Below are positions 7,581 to 12,196 of a stretch of 12,196 nt of DNA, one piece after another. The notes under the pieces were generated by a model that had not been told where the DNA came from, searched no databases, and saw only the letters and a program-made list of their open reading frames with translations. The position numbers and the translations under genes were made by a program. The DNA comes from Fibrobacterota bacterium (lineage in GTDB: Bacteria > Fibrobacterota > Fibrobacteria > UBA11236), in the NCBI GenBank assembly GCA_043753995.1, contig JAYUVP010000131.1:1-12196 (forward strand), written 5' to 3'. Numbering within the stretch: position 1 is the first letter of the stretch; every line of letters starts with the position of its first letter.

Positions 7581-10500
7581 TCAGCCGTGGTGAGAGGCTT
7601 TTGCCTCTGCCTTGGCTAGGGCCGGATTGGGATTGCGAACGCGTCCCAGATAACTGGTGCGCGGCCGGGTATTGATTTCACGTAGCACACCGAAATTTCG
7701 GGGATGCTTTTTCAATTTGGCGACTCGGCTTTGCGGGTCATTGATATCACCGAAAACAATGGCATCACCCGGGCAAGCCTGGGCGCAAGCGGGAGTTATG
7801 GCTCCATCAGGAATGATTTCCGAACCTTTATTCTTTTGCACGATGCGGGCACGATTGATGCGCTGAACGCAATAGGTGCACTTCTCCATCACACCGCGGA
7901 AACGAACCGTCACATCCGGATTCTTCTGGAAGCGCTCGGTCGACTCTTTCCACTGATTGGTGTAATTGAAGAAATTGAAGCGGCGCACCTTGTACGGGCA
8001 ATTATTACTGCAATACCGAGTGCCAACACAGCGATTATAGGCCATGTCATTTAGGCCGTCATGAGAATGCACGGTTGCGGCAACCGGACAAACCTCTTCG
8101 CAAGGAGCATTTTCACATTGCTGGCAGGCCATGGCCTGATAAATGATTTCAGGGTTTTCGACATCACCACTGAAATAACGATCTATGCGAATCCAATGCA
8201 TTTCGCGGCCGCGAACGACCTCATCCTTGCCAACCGTCGGAATATTATTCTCAGCCTGGCAAGCGATGACGCAAGCATTGCAGCCCGTGCAGGAATTAAA
8301 GTCGATGACCATTCCCCACTGCATGCCCTTGGTGAAGTCGTAATCTCCACGAGCCTTGGTGTCGTCCCAAAGATTTTTTTCCTCAGGATGATGGTTCCAT
8401 TTATTTTCGGAGAAATACTCGTCTTTTTCCTTGGAATATTCTTCCAAAACGCCTTCGCGGGCAATGGGACGACCTTCAATGGACCAATGGTCCTGGGTAC
8501 AGGCTACGCTGGTAAAGGTTCCGGTCGGAACAATTTCGGCGCCAACAGCAAAGGCTGTTACATCCCCGGCAATCAGCGGATAGGCATTGACTCCAGCACC
8601 TTCACCGACCTTGCCAATACGTGTACGGCCATAGCCGGTATTTAAAATCACGGTCTCATCGGCGACGCCAGGTAAAGGCCAAGCCACGACTTCAAGGGAT
8701 TTGCCATTGACTTGTATGCGCACCAGGGGGCGCTTACGATAATCAGCCAAGGTGGTTCCACTATCTTCCTTAGCCAGAAGATGAGTAAGACCCAATTTTT
8801 TAATGAGACCTAGACCCATTAAGGCCACATTGTCCCAGCAAACCTTGGTCACGGGGCCAGGTAATTCTTGCAGCCATGGATTATTGGCAAAACGACCATC
8901 ACCCACATTGGGATGCTCGCGAAATTGAATTTCAATGCCCTTGGATTTCGGCACGGAAGCCGCATAGGCTGCGGTCAACTTGGCGACATTTTCAGGATTC
9001 AAGGTGACGGTCTCAGAGACAGGGGCTGCAGAAGCAACCAGGCCATCATGCAAGGCTTTGCGCCATACTTTTTCAAAATCAGAACCGCTCAACTTGCTCT
9101 TGAAAGAATCGCGAACAAGATCTCGCGAAGGGGTCTGCCCCATTCCGGCAAGATGGGCTAAAAATTCAATCGGGCTTTTGCTCGCATAGAGCGGTTCAAT
9201 GAGGGGTTGTACCACGCTCAATGTGCCATTCACCGAATGGGCATCACTCCAAGATTCGAGATAATGACTCATGGGTAAATGCCAACCGCTCATGGATGCG
9301 GTTTCATCCACTTCGGCTCCAAGATGGACCGAATGCTTCACCTTACCTAATTGAGCCACAACATCTAAGTCACCCGCGGAGGCATAGGCAACATTGACAT
9401 CCAAGGTGAGTAGAAGGTCGACGCTTCCAGATCCGATTTCAGAGAGCAATTCTTTCAACTGCTCTTGTCCGCGGCGAAAGCCGCCTTCGGATGGATTTAA
9501 GCCAGCAATTTGGCTCGGCAAATAGGCGACGATTTTGCTTTCAGCACCCAAAGCCTTATTGATACCGGCGGCCAAGGCATGAGCAAAGGCATTTTCTCGA
9601 CGGCCTGCAATGACCACACTTTCGCCCTTATGGGCCAACAAATCGGCGGCCAAGGCTTTCATGTAAGCCAAGTCAATTCCGTCTACCGATATGGACAAGG
9701 CTTCAGGGCTGATGCCAGCCGAAACCAAGTCGAGACCCTGCGAAGAAAGTTCTTTGGCAAGGGCAACCAAGGCCGGAGTGATTTGGCTGGGCTTGACGCG
9801 CAAGCGGTGATCCGCCATACCGCCGGTGGCCGAGAATTGCGACTCGACCATGTAGAAGCGGTTCATCGACTCGTTCAAATCGGGATTGCGAGTCTTGGCA
9901 AATGCCTTGGAATGATTTATGGCCCCGACTTCGCCTTCAGTGAGATCGGCATCAAAGCTGGCTACGCGCTTGGCATATTCAAGAGAATACCAAGGCTCCA
10001 CGGCCTTACCGGTGGATTGCTGCAAGCCGACGAGGACTTCATCGCGACCCGCAGGTTCGTAAACCACCCACTTAGCCTTAGGAAAGGCTTTTTGAAATTG
10101 CTGCCACAGTGAGAAAAAGGTCGGGGAAGTATTGTAGCCGGTCAAAAGGCGTATGCCAGCGCCTTCATTCGCTTTCGAGGCTGAAAGCAGGCCATCTAAT
10201 TCAGAAAAGAAGCTTTCCCAAGTCGACGTTGCGCCCTTTTTCAAAGGAGCTTGGCTGCGATCCGGATTATAAAGATCGAGTACCGAGGCCTGATGCTGGC
10301 GTAAGGTGGCACCTAAGCTAGCAGGATGCTCGGGATTGCCTTCCACCTTGGTAGGACGGCCTTCATGGCTTTCGATTAAAAGGCCAATGGCCTCGCCACG
10401 CAAAGACATTGTCGTCGCATAAAATTGCGGCGTTCCCGGAACCAAGCTCTCGGGCATTTTATTGTAGGCAAGAATATGGGATTCAGGACGACGAATGGCT

Positions 10501-10706
10501 TTGCAACCGGAAACGCCGGCGAGAGCCATGCCCGCACCCATGACTTGCAAGAATTTTCGTCGCGAAACACCGCTATCCAATTCGGAAGCGCCTTCAGGAA
10601 ATTCACGATCGAGATACCCCTGAAATTCCGGAGAAGCGCCTAGCTCATCCAGGCTTTTCCAGTATTGCTTGCCGTTAGACCTAGGGTCCAGATTCAGCGA
10701 TGGCAT
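7581..10706 (-). CDS. actB: Alternative complex III subunit ActB: Tat-exported lipoprotein, molybdopterin-oxidoreductase-like domain fused to an NrfC/PsrB Fe-S domain (~1041 aa)
   Basis: YWKSLDEL...EFPEG...SRRKFL extended Tat signal and lipobox VSGC; EGRPTKVEGNPEHP; DGRFANNPWLQELP; Cys groups CTGCNACVIAC, CQQCENAPCEEVCP, CVGTRYCSNNCP and CTYC...CAQACP. Start taken as ATG 10706 (track used TTG 10715). Confidence 0.96.
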   Translation of the reverse strand: MPSLNLDPRSNGKQYWKSLDELGASPEFQGYLDREFPEGASELDSGVSRRKFLQVMGAGMALAGVSGCKAIRRPESHILAYNKMPESLVPGTPQFYATTMSLRGEAIGLLIESHEGRPTKVEGNPEHPASLGATLRQHQASVLDLYNPDRSQAPLKKGATSTWESFFSELDGLLSASKANEGAGIRLLTGYNTSPTFFSLWQQFQKAFPKAKWVVYEPAGRDEVLVGLQQSTGKAVEPWYSLEYAKRVASFDADLTEGEVGAINHSKAFAKTRNPDLNESMNRFYMVESQFSATGGMADHRLRVKPSQITPALVALAKELSSQGLDLVSAGISPEALSISVDGIDLAYMKALAADLLAHKGESVVIAGRRENAFAHALAAGINKALGAESKIVAYLPSQIAGLNPSEGGFRRGQEQLKELLSEIGSGSVDLLLTLDVNVAYASAGDLDVVAQLGKVKHSVHLGAEVDETASMSGWHLPMSHYLESWSDAHSVNGTLSVVQPLIEPLYASKSPIEFLAHLAGMGQTPSRDLVRDSFKSKLSGSDFEKVWRKALHDGLVASAAPVSETVTLNPENVAKLTAAYAASVPKSKGIEIQFREHPNVGDGRFANNPWLQELPGPVTKVCWDNVALMGLGLIKKLGLTHLLAKEDSGTTLADYRKRPLVRIQVNGKSLEVVAWPLPGVADETVILNTGYGRTRIGKVGEGAGVNAYPLIAGDVTAFAVGAEIVPTGTFTSVACTQDHWSIEGRPIAREGVLEEYSKEKDEYFSENKWNHHPEEKNLWDDTKARGDYDFTKGMQWGMVIDFNSCTGCNACVIACQAENNIPTVGKDEVVRGREMHWIRIDRYFSGDVENPEIIYQAMACQQCENAPCEEVCPVAATVHSHDGLNDMAYNRCVGTRYCSNNCPYKVRRFNFFNYTNQWKESTERFQKNPDVTVRFRGVMEKCTYCVQRINRARIVQKNKGSEIIPDGAITPACAQACPGDAIVFGDINDPQSRVAKLKKHPRNFGVLREINTRPRTSYLGRVRNPNPALAKAEAKASHHG

Positions 10707-11383
10707 GTCGAGCAATCCGTTCTGGGGTGGACGTTATACAACTCCATGAACTTGCGGCCATTCTCAATGGGGTCGCCATCGGGTTTCCAGGCCAAATTCG
10801 TCACGAGTTTGCGATCGCGCACATTGGGCGCAGGGTCGCGATGGCATTCCAAGCACCAACCCATGGAAAGCGGTTTCACGGCGCGGACCTCATCCATCTG
10901 GTCAATGCGGCCATGGCAGGACACGCAAGAAACGCCTTTATTCACGTGAGCACTATGATCAAAAAAGGCAAAATCGGCCAAGCGATGAATGCGCACCCAG
11001 GGGATGGGATTTCCCGATTTCGAGGAAGCGTGGATTTTCTGAATTTCAGGAGAGTCGGTCTTGATAAAGGTGTGGCAATTCATGCAGACATCGGTGGGTG
11101 GTACCCCTGCATGCTTGGAACGCTCCACATTGAAATGGCAATAGCGGCAGTCTATGCCGAGTTGGCCAGCATGAACTTTATGGCTATAGGCAATCGGCTG
11201 TTTGGGTTGATAGCCGACATAATAGTGCTTGGGCGAGCCCCAGTACCAGAAGACGAACACGGCCACGCATATGCCGATGACCGCAGACGCTAATAGGATG
11301 GCCGGCACCTTATTAGTCCACTTGGGAAATACCATTCCGGTGTTCTCCGTAGCTTGGGAAGATGACGAAGGGCCTTGAGTCAT
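10694..11383 (-). CDS. actA: Alternative complex III pentaheme cytochrome c ActA
   Basis: N-terminal TM anchor, QPKQPIAYSHKVHAG, five CxxCH motifs (CRYCH, CMNCH, CVSCH, CLECH, CSTCH), FFDHSAH, LSMGWC. Confidence 0.96.
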   Translation of the reverse strand: MTQGPSSSSQATENTGMVFPKWTNKVPAILLASAVIGICVAVFVFWYWGSPKHYYVGYQPKQPIAYSHKVHAGQLGIDCRYCHFNVERSKHAGVPPTDVCMNCHTFIKTDSPEIQKIHASSKSGNPIPWVRIHRLADFAFFDHSAHVNKGVSCVSCHGRIDQMDEVRAVKPLSMGWCLECHRDPAPNVRDRKLVTNLAWKPDGDPIENGRKFMELYNVHPRTDCSTCHR

Positions 11384-11418
11384 ACTTATGAGCGCCTGTC
11401 ATCCATGAACGGGGGCGA

Positions 11419-11447
11419 AAGATAGCTAGAGCCATTTGAGGTGGCAA
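11419..11447 (-). promoter_or_regulatory. Candidate sigma70-type promoter for the act-cox operon
   Basis: Minus strand TTGCCA (11447-11442), 17-nt spacer, TATCTT (11424-11419); A/T-rich tract upstream (~11466-11479); -10 ends 35 nt before the actA ATG. Confidence 0.55.
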
Positions 11448-11456
11448 TCATTTCCA
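11442..11456. promoter_or_regulatory. Imperfect 7-1-7 inverted repeat, candidate operator (Fur-family-like)
   Basis: TGGCAAT-C-ATTTCCA; the arms match at 6 of 7 positions and the repeat overlaps the predicted -35. Confidence 0.35.
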
Positions 11457-11582
11457 AGGCAGTACTTTCAAATTTTTTTGGTGACATAAATGCATTGCGT
11501 CCTCGATGAATCGCCATGTCCGTTGAAAGCGGAAATTGGGTCGAGAATACCATGGCCGATAGCGACAACGCAAGCTCTTGAT

Positions 11583-12196
11583 TCAAATGAAGATGATGAT
11601 TTTGTCGCAGGCCAGCATCAAAAGCAAGGTGGGCAAGTACGCAAGTGAAGCCAAAAATACTTTGACGGCATCCGGGCGTTCACGTCGACGCCAAAGACGG
11701 AAGGCAAAAAGCAAAAACATGGCTCCAAGCACTATGGCCGAAAGCAAATAAAGCGTACCGGCAAAGCCGAACAGGAAGGGAAAGAGGGAGACGAGACAAA
11801 GAATAAGGGTTTGAAATAAAATGTGTCGGTAGCAGGCCTCGCCTGTTGGATCGGTGACACTGAGCATGCGAAATCCACCGGCCGCATAATCATCGCGATA
11901 CATGAGGGCGATAGCCAAAAAATGCGGCAATTGCCAAGCAAAGAGCAAGGCGAAAAGCAACCACCCTCCGAGACCCAAGGCTCCATGAGAGGCTGTCCAA
12001 CCCATTAAAGGAGGCAGGGCTCCAGGAATGGCACCGACCAAGGTGTTTAAACTGGTCCAACGTTTCATGGGCGTATAAACCGCCGCATAGAGTAGGACCG
12101 TTGTTAATCCTAAAATCGCCGTTAAGATATTGACCTGCAGTAAAAACCAGGTGCCGAGCAAGGACATGCCTCCACCGAAAAACCAAGCCGCCGTGG
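11583..12196 (-). CDS. ctaB: Protoheme IX farnesyltransferase (heme O synthase), 5' part outside the window
   Basis: UbiA-family motifs YTPMKRWTSLNTLVGAIPGALPPLMGW, WQLPHFLAIA, YRDDYAAGGFRML and VFLASLAYL. The frame stays open upstream of the track's ATG 12167 to the window edge (…TAAWFFGGGM). Confidence 0.95.
   Translation of the reverse strand, partial: TAAWFFGGGMSLLGTWFLLQVNILTAILGLTTVLLYAAVYTPMKRWTSLNTLVGAIPGALPPLMGWTASHGALGLGGWLLFALLFAWQLPHFLAIALMYRDDYAAGGFRMLSVTDPTGEACYRHILFQTLILCLVSLFPFLFGFAGTLYLLSAIVLGAMFLLFAFRLWRRRERPDAVKVFLASLAYLPTLLLMLACDKIIIFI

Noticed and set aside
6148..10706. Reading actB/actC as a polysulfide, nitrite (Nrf) or DMSO-type reductase, or as Qrc
   Set aside because: The presence of actD, actE, actF, actG and adjacent oxidase genes identifies ACIII; Qrc and Psr lack these subunits.
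1444..11293. Other plus-strand ORFs (e.g. 1852-2346, 2777-3328, 8061-8645, 9510-10112, 10700-11293)
   Set aside because: All lie antisense to well-supported genes and show no motifs; no evidence of a second coding layer.
11460..11500. Short palindromes AGTACT and AATGCATT; possible CRP half-site GGTGA
   Set aside because: Too short to exceed chance, and no second CRP half-site at the right spacing.
2701..12186. Short alternative-frame minus-strand ORFs (2701-2964, 4365-4685, 6125-6343, 6873-7174, 7211-7444, 8183-8479, 10376-10606, 11732-12186)
   Set aside because: Nested in intact genes; the main frames are uninterrupted, so no frameshifting or pseudogene is needed.
1..12196. CRISPR arrays, tRNA/ncRNA, IS ends, intrinsic terminators, selenocysteine or stop-codon recoding, host taxonomy
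   Set aside because: No repeat-spacer pattern, cloverleaf, transposase or hairpin plus U-tract seen by eye, and no in-frame stops. Clear SD motifs argue against Bacteroidia, but the host cannot be named without a search.

Overview
The window is almost entirely one minus-strand respiratory gene cluster. In transcription order it reads: 3' part of heme O synthase (ctaB/cyoE, cut by the right edge), a ~200-bp intergenic region, alternative complex III genes actA (pentaheme c), actB (Tat-lipoprotein molybdopterin-fold/Fe-S fusion), actC (NrfD/PsrC), actD (DUF3341), actE (monoheme lipoprotein), actF and an actG-like gene, then a Sco copper chaperone, coxB (CuA plus fused cytochrome c) and coxA (cut by the left edge, absent from the ORF track, translated by hand). 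The oxidase is an A2-type (YSHPAVY) caa3-like heme-copper oxidase. This is a known system, an ACIII plus caa3 quinol:O2 chain as in Rhodothermus marinus, not an undescribed one. The details most worth a second look are: a sigma70-like promoter upstream of actA whose -35 is overlapped by a 7-1-7 Fur-like inverted repeat; Gln in place of Glu in the CuA motif; several substitutions at normally conserved CoxA positions; His-rich subunit termini; and an actB start codon embedded in the last heme-binding motif of actA. I found no mobile elements, RNA genes or CRISPR arrays. All calls are from motif recognition; no searches were run.
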